Both the position numbers and the translations under genes were made by a program. Source: Nemertoderma westbladi (Eukaryota; Animalia; Xenacoelomorpha). From it: a DNA stretch of 55,622 bases. Of the stretch, positions 16,901 through 31,900 are shown piece after piece (position 1 is the first letter of the stretch; every line of letters begins with the position of its first letter). Location of the stretch: assembly GCA_032718475.1 (NCBI GenBank), contig JAUCBJ010006374.1, positions 1-55,622 of the forward strand. Direction: 5' to 3'. The notes beneath the pieces are model-generated. The model worked only from the letters and a program-made list of their open reading frames with translations. It searched no databases and was not told the origin of the DNA.

Positions 16901-19900
16901 GAATACAGACACAAATATCATTACCACCAACTTCAGTACAGGCAGCATTTTCATCACAAATATTAGGACTTGAAGAACAATCAACTACTTCTTCAGTTTT
17001 AATACATATTCCCCCATTTCCTGTGTATCCCTGATTACAGACACAAATATCATTACCACCAACTTCTGTACAGGCAGCATTTTGGTAACAAATATTAGGA
17101 TCTGAAGTACAGTCAACTGTATCATCAGTTTTAGTACATGTTCCTCCATTTCCTGAGTATCCCTGATTACAGACACAAATATCATTATCACCAACTTCTG
17201 TACAGGCAGCATTTTCATCACAAATATTAGGACTTGAAGAACAATCAACTACTTCTTCAGTTTTAATACATATTCCCCCATTTCCTGTGTATCCCTGATT
17301 ACAGACACAAATGTCATTACCACCAACTTCAGTACAGGCAGCATTTTGGTCACAAATATTAGGATCTGAATTACAATCAACTACTTCTTCAGTTTTAATA
17401 CATATTCTTCCATTTCCTGTGTATTCCTGATTACAGACACAAATATCATTACCACCAACTTCTGTACAGGCAGCATTTGGGTCACAAACACTAGGATCTG
17501 AAGTACAGTCAACTGTATCATCAGTTTTAGTACATGTTCCTCCATTTCCTGAGTATCCCTGATTACAGACACAAATATCATTACCACCAACTTCTGTACA
17601 GGCAGCATTTTGGTCACAAATATTAGGATCTGAAGTACAATCAACTGTATCATCAGTTTTTGTACATGTTCCTCCATTTCCTGAGTATCCCTGATTACAG
17701 ACACAAATATCATTACCACCAACTTCTGTACAGGCAGCATTTTGGTCACAAATATTAGGATCTGAATTACAATCAACTACTTCTTCAGTTTTAATACATA
17801 TTCTTCCATTTCCTGTGTATCCCTGAATACATACACAATTGCCACTACCATCTATAATAATACAGATAGCATTTGTATCACAAACACTTGGATCTAAAGT
17901 ACAATCAACTGTATCATCAGTTTTAGTACATGTTCCTCCATTTCCTGAGTATCCCTGATTACAGACACAAATATCATTACCACCAACTTCTGTACAGGCA
18001 GCATTTTGGTCACAAATATTAGGATCTGAAGTACAGTCAACTGTATCATCAGTTTTAGTACATGTTCCTCCATTTCCTGAGTATCCCTGATTACAGACAC
18101 AAATATCATTATCACCAACTTCAGTACAGGCAGCATTTTCATCACAAATATTAGGATCTGAAGTACAATCAACTACTTCTTCAGTTTTAATACATATTCT
18201 TCCATTTCCTGTGTATCCCTGAATACATACACAATTGCCACTACCATCTATAATAATACAGATAGCATTTGTGTCACAAACACTTGGATCTAAAGTACAA
18301 TCAACTGTATCATCAGTTTTAGTACATGTTCCTCCATTTCCTGAGTATCCCTGATTACAGACACAAATATCATTACCACCAACTTCTGTACAGGCAGCAT
18401 TTTGGTCACAAATATTAGGATCTGAAGTACAGTCAACTGTATCATCAGTTTTAGTACATGTTCCTCCATTTCCTGAGTATCCCTGATTACAGACACAAAT
18501 ATCATTATCACCAACTTCAGTACAGGCAGCATTTTCATCACAAATATTAGGACTTGAAGAACAATCAACTACTTCTTCAGTTTTAATACATATTCCCCCA
18601 TTTGCTGTATATCCCTGATTACAGACACAAATATCATTACCACCAACTTCTGTACAGGCAGCATTTTGGTCACAAATATTAGGATCTGAAGTACAATCAA
18701 CTACTTCTTCAGTTTTAATACATATTCTTCCATTTCCTGTGTATCCCTGAATACATACACAGTTGCCACTACCATCTATAATAATACAGATAGCATTTGG
18801 GTCACAAACACTTGGATCTGAAGTACAATCAACTATATCATCAGTTTTAGTACATGTTCCTCCATTTCCTGTATATCCCTGATTACAGACACAAATATCA
18901 TTACCACCAATTTCTGTACAGGCAGCATTTTCATCACAAATATTAGGACTTGAAGTACAATCAACTGTATCCTCAGTTTTAGTACATGTTCCTCCATTTC
19001 CTGTATATCCCTGTTTACAGACACAAATATCATTACCACCCACTTCAGTACAGGCAGCATTTTGGTCACAAATATTAGGATCTGAAGTACAATCAACTGT
19101 ATCTTCAATACATGTTCTACCATTTCCTGTATATCCCTGTTTACAGACACAAATATCACTTCCACCAAGTTCAGTACAGGCTGCATTTTCATCACAAATA
19201 TTAGGACTTGAAGTACAATCAACTGTATCCTCAGTTTTAGTACATGTTCCTCCATTTCCTGTATATCCCTGTTTACAGACACAAATATCATTACCACCAA
19301 CTTCTGTACAGGCAGCATTTTGGTCACAAATATTAGGATCTGAAATACAATCAACTACTTCTTCAGTTTTAATACATATTCTTCCATTTCCTGTGTATCC
19401 CTGGATACATACACAGTTGCCACTACCATCTATAACAATACAGATAGCATTTGGGTCACAAACACTTGGATCTGAAGTACAATCAACTGTATCATCAGTT
19501 TTAGTACATGTTCCTCCATTTCCTGTATATCCCTGTTTACAGACACAAATATCATTACCACCAACTACAGTACAGGCAGCATTTTGGTCACAAATATTAG
19601 GACTTGAAGTACAATCAACTGTATCCTCAGTTTTAGTACATGTTCCTCCATATCCTGTATATCCCTGTTTACAGACACAAATATCATTACCACCAACTTC
19701 AGTACAGGCAGCATTTTCATCACAAATATTAGGAATTGAAGTACAATCAACTACTTCTTCAGTTTTAATACATATTCCTCCATTTCCTGTGTATCCCTCA
19801 TTACAGACACAAATATCACTACCACCAACTTCAGTACAGGCAGCATTTTGATCACAAATATTAGGATCTGAATTACAATCGACTATGTCTTCAATTTTAA

Positions 19901-22900
19901 TACATGTTCCTCCGTTTCCAGTGTAACCCTGATTACAGACACAAATATTACTACCACCAACTTCAGTACAGGCAGCATTTACATCACAAATATTCTGATC
20001 AGAATTACAATCAACTATATCTTCCGTTTTAATACATGTACCTCCATTTCCTGTATATCCCTGATTACAGACACAAATATCACTACCACCAACTTCAGTA
20101 CAGTCAGCATTTTGATCACAAATATTAGAATTTGAAGTACAATCAACTATATCTTCAGTTTTAATACATGTACCTCCATTTCCTGTATATCCCTGATTAC
20201 AGACACAAATATCACTACCACCAACTTCAGTACAGTCAGCATTTTGATCACAAATATTAGAATTTGAAGTACAATCAACTATATCTTCAGATTTAATACA
20301 TGTACCTCCGTTTCCAGTGTATCCCTCATTACAGACACAAATATCACTACCACCAACTTCAGTACAGGCAGCATTTTCATCACAAATATTCGGGTCAGAA
20401 TTACAATCCACTACTTCTTCCGTTTTAATACATGTTCCACCGTTTCCAGTGTATCCCACATTACAGACACAAATATCACTACCACCAACTTCAGTACAGG
20501 CAGCATTTTGATCACAAATATTAGGATCTGAATTACAATCAACTATATCATCAATTTTAATACATGTTCCTCCATTTCCAGTGTAACCCTGATTACAGAC
20601 ACAAATATCACTACCACCAACTTCAGTACAGGCAGCATTTTCATCACAAATATTCTGATCAGAATTACAATCCACTACTTCTTCCGTTTTAATACATGTT
20701 CCTCCGTTTCCAGTGTATCCCACATTACAGACACAAATATCACTACCACCAACTTCAGTACAGGCAGCATTTTGATCACAAATATTAGGATCTGAATTAC
20801 AATCCACTACTTCTTCCGTTTTAATACATGTTCCTCCGTTTCCAGTGTATCCCACATTACAGACACAAATATCACTTCCACCAAGTTCAGTACAGGCTGC
20901 ATTTTCATCACAAATATTAGGACTTGAAGTACAATCAACTGTTTCCTCAGTTTTAGTACATGTTCCTCCATTTCCTGTATATCCCTGTTTACAGACACAA
21001 ATATCATTACCACCAACTTCAGTACAGGCAGCATTTTCATCACAAAAATTAGGACTTGAAGTACAATCCACTACTTCTTCCGTTTTAATACATGTTCCTC
21101 CATTTCCTGTGTATCCCTGATTACAGACACAAATATCACTACCACCAACTTCAGTACAGGCAGCATTTTCATCACAAATATTCGGGTCAGAATTACAATC
21201 CACTACTTCTTCAGTTTTAATACATGTTCCTCCGTTTCCAGTGTATCCCACATTACAGACACAAATATCACTTCCACCAAGTTCAGTACAGGCTGCATTT
21301 TCATCACAAATATTAGGACTTGAAGTACAATCAACTGTTTCCTCAGTTTTAGTACATGTTCCTCCATTTCCTGTATATCCCTGTTTACAGACACAAATAT
21401 CATTACCACCAACTTCAGTACAGGCAGCATTTTCATCACAAAAATTAGGACTTGAAGAACAATCAACCACTTCTTCAGTTTTAATACATGTACCTCCATT
21501 TCCTGTGTATCCCTGATTACAGACACAAATATCATTACCACCAACTTCTGTACAGGCAGCATTTTGATCACAAATATTAGAATTTGAAGTACAATCAACT
21601 ATATCTTCAGTTTTAATACATGTACCTCCATTTCCTGTGTATCCCTGATTACAGACACAAATATCACTACCACCAACTTCAGTACAGGCAGCATTTTCAT
21701 CACAAATATTCGGATCAGAATTACAATCCACTACTTCTTCCGTTTTAATACATTTTCCTCCGTTTCCAGTGTATCCCTGATTACAGACACAAATATCACT
21801 ACCACCAACTTCAGTACAGTCAGCATTTTGATCACAAATATTAGAATTTGAAGTACAATCAACTATATCTTCAGTTTTAATACATGTACCTCCATTTCCT
21901 GTGTATCCCTGATTACAGACACAAATATCACTACCACCAACTTCAGTACAGGCAGCATTTTCATCACAAATATTCGGATCAGAATTACAATCCACTACTT
22001 CTTCCGTTTTAATACATGTTCCTCCATTTCCAGTGTATCCCTGATTACAGACACAAATATCACTACCACCAACTTCAGTACAGTCGGCATTTTGATCACA
22101 AATATTAGAATTTGAAGTACAATCAACTATATCTTCAGTTTTAATACATGTACCTCCATTTCCTGTGTATCCCTGATTACAGACACAAATATCACTACCA
22201 CCAACTTCAGTACAGGCAGCATTTTCATCACAAATATTCGGATCAGAATTACAATCCACTACTTCTTCCGTTTTAATACATGTTCCTCCGTTTCCAGTGT
22301 ATCCCTGATTACAGATACAAATATCACTACCACCAACTTCAGTACAGGCAGCATTTTCATCACAAATATTCGGATCAGAATTACAATCCACTACTTCTTC
22401 CGTTTTAATACATGTTCCTCCGTTTCCAGTGTATCCCTCATTACAGACACAAATATCACTACCACCAACTTCAGTACAGGCAGCATTTTCATCACAAATA
22501 TTCGGATCAGAATTACAATCCACTACTTCTTCCGTTTTAATACATGTTCCTCCGTTTCCAGTATATCCCTCATTACAGACACAAATATCACTACCACCAA
22601 CTTCAGTACAGGCAGCATTTTCATCACAAATATTCGGATCAGAATTACAATCCACTACTTCTTCCGTTTTAATACATGTTCCTCCGTTTCCAGTATATCC
22701 CTCATTACAGACACAAATATCACTACCACCAACTTCAGTACAGGCAGCATTTTCATCACAAATATTCGGATCAGAATTACAATCCACTACTTCTTCCGTT
22801 TTAATACATGTTCCTCCGTTTCCAGTGTATCCCTCATTACAGACACAAATATCACTACCACCAACTTCAGTACAGGCAGCCTTTTCATCACAAATATTCG

Positions 22901-25900
22901 GATCAGAATTACAATCCACTACTTCTTCCGTTTTAATACATCTTCCTCCGTTTCCAGTGTATCCCTGATTACAGACACAAATATCACTACCACCAACTAC
23001 AGCACAGGCAGCATTTTGGTCACAAACACTAGGATCTGAAGTACAGTCAACTGTATCATCAGTTTTAGTACATGTTCCTCCATTTCCTGTATATCCCTGA
23101 TTACAGACACAAATATCATTATCACCAACTTCTGTACAGGCAGCATTTTCATCACAAATATTAGGACTTGAAGAACAATCAACTACTTCTTCAGTTTTAA
23201 TACATATTCTTCCATTTCCTGTGTATTCCTGATTACAGACACAAATATCATTACCACCAACTTCTGTACAGGCAGCATTTTCATCACAAATATTAGGACT
23301 TGAAGTACAATCAACTACTTCTTCAGTTTTAATACATATTCCCCCATTTCCTGTGTATCCCTGATTACAGACACAAATATCATTACCACCAACTTCTGTA
23401 CAGGCAGCATTTTGGTCACAAATATTAGGATCTGAAGTACAATCAACTACTTCTTTAGTTTTAATACATATTCTTCCATTTCCTGTGTATCCCTGAATAC
23501 ATACACAGTTGCCACTACCATCTATAATAATACAGATAGCATTTGGGTCACAAACACTTGGATCTGAAGTACAATCAACTGTATCATCAGTTTTAGTACA
23601 TGTTCCTCCATTTCCTGAGTATCCCTGATTACAGACACAAATATCATTACCACCAACTTCTGTACAGGCAGCATTTTGGTCACAAATATTAGGATCTGAA
23701 GTACAATCAACTGTATCTTCAATACATGTTCTACCATTTCCTGTATATCCCTGTTTACAGACACAAATATCACTTCCACCAAGTTCAGTACAGGCTGCAT
23801 TTTCATCACAAATATTAGGACTTGAAGTACAATCAACTGTTTCCTCAGTTTTAGTACATGTTCCTCCATTTCCTGTATATCCCTGTTTACAGACACAAAT
23901 ATCATTTCCACCAACTTCAGTACAGGCAGCATTTTCATCACAAAAATTAGGACTTGAAGTACAATCCACTACTTCTTCCGTTTTAATACATGTTCCTCCA
24001 TTTCCTGTGTATCCCTGATTACAGACACAAATATCACTACCACCAACCTCAGTACAGGCAGCATTTTCATCACAAATATTCGGATCAGAATTACAATCCA
24101 CTACTTCTTCCGTTTTAATACATGTTCCTCCGTTTCCAGTGTATCCCTGATTACAGACACAAATATCACTACCACCAACTTCAGTACAGGCAGCATTTTC
24201 ATCACAAATATTCGGATCAGAATTACAATCCACTACTTCTTCCGTTTTAATACATGTTCCTCCATTTCCAGTGTATCCCTCATTACAGACACAAATATCA
24301 CTACCACCAACTTCAGTACAGGCAGCATTTTCATCACAAATATTCGGATCAGAATTACAATCCACTACTTCTTCCGTTTTAATACATGTTCCCCCGTTTC
24401 CAGTGTATCCCTGATTACAGACACAAATATCACTACCACCAACTTCAGTACAGGCAGCATTTTCATCACAAATATTCGGATCAGAATTACAATCCACTAC
24501 TTCTTCCGTTTTAATACATGTTCCTCCGTTTCCAGTGTATCCCTCATTACAGAAACAAATATCACTACCACCAACTTCAGTACAGGCAGCATTTTCATCA
24601 CAAATATTAGGACTTGAAGTACAATCAACTACTTCTTCGGTTTTAATACATATTCCTCCGTTTCCAGTGTATCCCTCATTACAGACACAAATATCACTAC
24701 CACCAACTTCAGTACAGGCAGCATTTTCATCACAAATATTCGGATCAGAATTACAATCCACTACTTCTTCCGTTTTAATACATGTTCCTCCGTTTCCAGT
24801 GTATCCCACATTACAGACACAAATATCACTACCACCAACTTCAGTACAGGCAGCATTTTGATCACAACTATTAGAATCTGAATTACAATCAACTATATCT
24901 TCAGATTTAATACATGTACCTCCATTTCCAGTGTATCCCTGATTACAGACACAAATATCACTACCACCAACTTCAGTACAGGCAGCATTTTCATCACAAA
25001 TATTCGGATCAGAATTACAATCCACTACTTCTTCCGTTTTAATACATGTTCCTCCGTTTCCAGTGTATCCCCGATTACAGACACAAATATCATTACCACC
25101 AACTTCAGTACAGGCAGCATTTTCATCACAAATATTCGGATCAGAATTACAATCCACTACTTCTTCCGTTTTAATACATGTTCCTCCATTTCCAGTGTAT
25201 CCCTCATTACAGACACAAATATCACTACCACCAACCTCAGTACAGGCAGCATTTTCATCACAAATATTCGGATCAGAATTACAATCCACTACTTCTTCCG
25301 TTTTAATACATGTTCCTCCGTTTCCAGTGTATCCCTGATTACAGACACAAATATCACTACCACCAACTTCAGTACAGGCAGCATTTTCATCACAAATATT
25401 CGGATCAGAATTACAATCCACTACTTCTTCCGTTTTAATACATGTTCCTCCGTTTACAGTGTATCCCTCATTACAGACACAAATATCACTACCACCAACT
25501 TCAGTACAGGCAGCATTTTCATCACAAATACTCGGATCAGAATTACAATCCACTACTTCTTCCGTTTTAATACATGTTCCTCCGTTTCCAGTGTATCCCT
25601 CATTACAGAAACAAATATCACTACCACCAACTTCAGTACAGGCAGCATTTTCATCACAAATATTCGGATCAGAATTACAATCCACTACTTCTTCCGTTTT
25701 AATACATGTTCCTCCGTTTCCAGTGTATCCCTCATTACAGACACAAATATCACTACCACCAACTTCAGTACAGGCAGCATTTTCATCACAAATATTCGGA
25801 TCAGAATTACAATCCACTACTTCTTCCGTTTTAATACATGTTCCTCCGTTTCCAGTGTATCCCTCATTACAGACACAAATATCACTACCACCAACTTCAG

Positions 25901-28900
25901 TACAGGCAGCATTTTCATCACAAATATTCGGATCAGAATTACAATCCACTACTTCTTCCGTTTTAATACATGTTCCTCCGTTTCCAGTGTATCCCTGATT
26001 ACAGACACAAATATCACTACCACCAACTTCAGTACAGGCAGCATTTTGATAACAACTATTAGGATCTGAATTACAATCAACTATATCTTCAGATTTAATA
26101 CATGTACCTCCATTTCCAGTGTATCCCTCATTGCAGACACAAATATTACTACCACCAACTTCAGTACAGGCAGCATTTTCATCACAAATATTCGGATCAG
26201 AATTACAATCCACTACTTCTTCTGTTTTAATACATGTACCTCCATTTCCAGTGTATCCCTGATTACAGACACAAATATCACTACCACCAACTTCAGTACA
26301 GGCAGCATTTTCATCACAAATATTCAGATCAGAATTACAATCCACTACTTCTTCTGTTTTAATACATGTTCCTCCATTTCCAGTGTATCCCTGATTACAG
26401 ACACAAATATCACTACCACCAACTTCAGTACAGGCAGCATTTTCATCACAAATATTCGGATCAGAATTACAATCCACTACTTCTTCCGTTTTAATACATG
26501 TTCCTCCGTTTCCAGTGTATCCCACATTACAGACACAAATATCACTACCACCAACTTCAGTACAGGCAGCATTTTGATCACAACTATTAGAATCTGAATT
26601 ACAATCAAATATATCTTCAGATTTAATACATGTACCTCCATTTCCAGTGTATCCCTGATTACAGACACAAATATCACTACCACCAACTTCAGTACAGGCA
26701 GCATTTTCATCACAAATATTCGGATCAGAATTACAATCCACTACTTCTTCCGTTTTAATACATGTTCCTCCGTTTCCAGTGTATCCCTGATTACAGACAC
26801 AAATATCACTACCACCAACTACAGTACAGGCAGCATTTTCATCACAAATATTCGGATCAGAATTACAATCCACTACTTCTTCCGTTTTAATACATGTTCC
26901 TCCATTTCCAGTGTATCCCTCATTACAGACACAAATATCACTACCACCAACCTCAGTACAGGCAGCATTTTCATCACAAATATTCGGATCAGAATTACAA
27001 TCCACTACTTCTTCCGTTTTAATACATGTTCCTCCGTTTCCAGTGTATCCCTGATTACAGACACAAATATCACTACCACCAACTTCAGTACAGGCAGCAT
27101 TTTCATCACAAATATTCGGATCAGAATTACAATCCACTACTTCTTCCGTTTTAATACATGTTCCTCCGTAACCAGTGTATCCCTCATTACAGACACAAAT
27201 ATCACTACCACCAACTTCAGTACAGGCAGCATTTTCATCACAAATATTCGGATCAGAATTACAATCCACTACTTCTTCCGTTTTAATACATGTTCCTCCG
27301 TTTCCAGTGTATCCCTCATTACAGAAACAAATATCACTACCACCAACTTCAGTACAGGCAGCATTTTCATCACAAATATTCGGATCAGAATTACAATCCA
27401 CTACTTCTTCCGTTTTAATACATGTTCCTCCGTTTCCAGTGTATCCCTCATTACAGACACAAATATCACTACCACCAACTTCAGTACAGGCAGCATTTTC
27501 ATCACAAATATTCGGATCAGAATTACAATCCACTACTTCTTCTGTTTTAATACATGTACCTCCATTTCCAGTGTATCCCTGATTACAGACACAAATATCA
27601 CTACCACCAACTTCAGTACAGGCAGCATTTTCATCACAAATATTCGGATCAGAATTACAATCCACTACTTCTTCCGTTTTAATACATGTTCCTCCGTTTC
27701 CAGTGTATCCCTCATTGCAGACACAAATATTACTACCACCAACTTCAGTACAGGCAGCATTTTCATCACAAATATTCGGATCAGAATTACAATCCACTAC
27801 TTCTTCTGTTTTAATACATGTACCTCCATTTCCAGTGTATCCCTCATTACAGACACAAATATCACTACCACCAACTTCAGTACAGGCAGCATTTTCATCA
27901 CAAATATTCGGATCAGAATTACAATCCACTACTTCTTCCGTTTTAATACATGTTCCTCCGTTTCCAGTGTATCCCTCATTACAGACACAAATATCACTAC
28001 CACCAACTTCAGTACAGGCAGCATTTTCATCACAAATATTCGGATCAGAATTACAATCCACTACTTCTTCCGTTTTAATACATGTTCCTCCGTTTCCAGT
28101 GTATCCCTCATTACAGAAACAAATATCACTACCACCAACTTCAGTACAGGCAGCATTTTCATCACAAATATTCGGATCAGAATTACAATCCACTACTTCT
28201 TCCGTTTTAATACATGTTCCTCCGTTTCCAGTGTATCCCTCATTACAGACACAAATATCACTACCACCAACTTCAGTACAGGCAGCATTTTCATCACAAA
28301 TATTCGGATCAGAATTACAATCCACTACTTCTTCCGTTTTGATACATGTTCCTCCGTTTCCAGTGTATCCCTCATTACAGAAACAAATATCACTACCACC
28401 AACTTCAGTACAGGCAGCATTTTCATCACAAATATTCGGATCAGAATTACAATCCACTACTTCTTCCGTTTTAATACATGTTCCTCCGTTTCCAGTGTAT
28501 CCCTGATTACAGACACAAATATCATTTTCACCAACATCAGTACAGGCAGCATTTTCATCACAAATATTAGGATCAGAATTACAATCCACTACTTCTTCCG
28601 TTTTAACACATCTTCCTCCCTTTCCAGTGTATCCCTCATTACAGACACAAATATTACTACCACCAACTTCAGTACAGGCAGCATTTTCATCACAAATATT
28701 AGGATCTGAAGTACAATCAACTGTATAACCAGTTTTAGTACATGTTCCACCATTTCCTGAGAATCCCTGATTACAGACACAAATATCACTACCACCAACT
28801 TCAGTACAGGCAGCATTTTCATCACAAATATTCGGATCAGAATTACAATCCACTACTTCTTCCGTTTTAATACATGTTCCTCCGTTTCCAGTGTATCCCT

Positions 28901-31900
28901 GATTACAGACACAAACATCATTTTCACCAACATCAGTACATGCAGCATTTTGATCACAAATATTAGGATCTGAACTACAATCAACTACTTCTTCCGTTTT
29001 AATACATATTCCTCCATTTCCTGTATAACCCTGATTACAGACACAAATATCACTACCACCAATTTCAGTACAGGCAGCATTTTGATCACAACTATTAGGA
29101 TCTGAATTACAATCAACTACTTCTTCAGATTTAATACATATTCCTCCATTTCCTGTGTAACCCTGATTACAGACACAAATATCATTGCTACCAACTTCAG
29201 TACAGGCAGAATTTTGATCACAAATATTAGGATCTGAACTACAATCAACTGTATCACCAGTTTTAGTACATGTTCCTCCATTTCCTGAGTATCCCTGATT
29301 ACAGACACAAATATCATTACCTCCAACTTCTGTACAGGCAGCATTTTGGTCACAAATATTAGGATCTGAAGTACAATCAACTACTTCTTCCGTTTTAATA
29401 CATATTCCTCCATTTCCTGTATAACCCTGATTACAGACACAAATATCACTACCACCAACTTCAGTACAGGCAGCATTTTGATCACAACTATTAGGATCTG
29501 AATTACAATCAACTATATCTTCAGATTTAATACATGTACCTCCATTTCCTGTGTATCCCTGATTACAGACACAAATATCACTACCACCAACTTCAGTACA
29601 GGCAGCATTTTGATCACAACTATTAGGATCTGAATTACAATCAACTATATCTTCAGATTTAATACATGTACCTCCATTTCCTGTGTATCCCTGATTACAG
29701 ACACAAATATCACTACCACCAACTTCAGTACAGGCAGCATTTTGATCACAACTATTAGGATCTGAATTACAATCAACTATATCTTCAGTTTTAATACATG
29801 TACCTCCATTTCCTGTGTATCCCTGATTACAGACACAAATATCATTACCACCAACTTCTGTACAGGCAGCATTTTGGTCACAAATATTAGGATCTGAAGT
29901 ACAATCAACTACTTCTTCCGTTTTAATACATATTCCTCCATTTCCTGTATAACCCTGATTACAGACACAAATATCACTACCACCAACTTCAGTACAGGCA
30001 GCATTTTGATCACAACTATTAGGATCTGAATTACAATCAACTATATCTTCAGATTTAATACATGTACCTCCATTTCCTGTGTATCCCTGATTACAGACAC
30101 AAATATCACTACCACCAACTTCAGTACAGGCAGCATTTTCATCACAAATATTCGGATCAGAATTACAATCCACTACTTCTTCCGTTTTAATACATGTACC
30201 TCCATTTCCTGTGTATCCCTGATTACAGACACAAATATCATTACCACCAACTTCTGTACAGGCAGCATTTTGGTCACAAATATTAGGATCTGAAGTACAA
30301 TCAACTACTTCTTCCGTTTTAATACATATTCCTCCATTTCCTGTATAACCCTGATTACAGACACAAATATCACTACCACCAACTTCAGTACAGGCAGCAT
30401 TTTGGTCACAAATATTAGGATCTGAAGTACAATCAACTACCTCTTCCGTTTTAATACATATTCCTCCATTTCCTGTATAACCCTGATTACAGACACAAAT
30501 ATCACTACCACCAACTTCAGTACAGGCAGCATTTTGATCACAACTATTAGGATCTGAATTACAATCAACTATATCTTCAGATTTAATACATGTACCTCCA
30601 TTTCCTGTGTATCCCTGATTACAGACACAAATATCACTACCACCAACTTCAGTACAGGCAGCATTTTCATCACAAATATTCGGATCAGAATTACAATCCA
30701 CTACTTCTTCCGTTTTAATACATGTTCCTCCGTTTCCAGTGTATCCCTGATTACAGACACAAATATCACTACCACCAACTTCAGTACAGGCAGCATTTTC
30801 ATCACAAATATTCGGATCAGAATTACAATCCACTACTTCTTCCGTTTTAATACATGTTCCTCCATTTCCAGTGTATCCCTCATTACAGACACAAATATCA
30901 CTACCACCAACTTCAGTACAGGCAGCATTTTCATCACAAATATTCGGATCAGAATTACAATCCACTACTTCTTCCGTTTTAATACATTTTCCTCCGTTTC
31001 CAGTGTATCCCTGATTACAGACACAAATATCACTACCACCAACTTCAGTACAGGCAGCATTTTCATCACAAATATTCGGATCAGAATTACAATCCACTAC
31101 TTCTTCCGTTTTAATACATGTTCCTCCGTTTCCAGTATATCCCTGATTACAGACACAAATATCATTTTCACCAACATCAGTACAGGCAGCATTTTCATCA
31201 CAAATATTAGGACTTGAAGTACAATCAACTACTTCTTCAGATTTAATACATATTCCACCATTTCCTGTGTAACCCTGATTACAGACACAAATATCATTGC
31301 TACCAACTTCAGTACAGGCAGCATTTTCATCACAAATATTAGGATCTGAACTACAATCAACTGTATCACCAGTTTTAGTACATGTTCCTCCATTTCCTGA
31401 GAATCCCTGATTACAGACACAAATATCACTACCACCAACTTCAGTACAGGCAGCATTTTCATCACAAATATTCGGATCAGAATTACAATCCACTACTTCT
31501 TCCGTTTTAAAACATGTTCCTCCGTTTCCAGTGTATCCCTCATTACAGACACAAATATCACTACCACCAACTTCAGTACAGGCAGCATGTTCATCACAAA
31601 TATTCGGATCAGAATTACAATCCACTACTTCTTCCGTTTTAATACATGTTCCTCCGTTTCCAGTGTATCCCTCATTACAGACACAAATATCACTACCACC
31701 AACTTCAGTACAGGCAGCATTTTCATCACAAATATTCGGATCAGAATTACAATCCACTACTTCTTCCGTTTTAATACATGTTCCTCCGTTTCCAGTGTAT
31801 CCCTGATTACAGATACAAATATCACTACCACCAACTTCAGTACAGGCGGCATTTTCATCACAAATATTCGGATCAGAATTACAATCCACTACTTCTTCCG

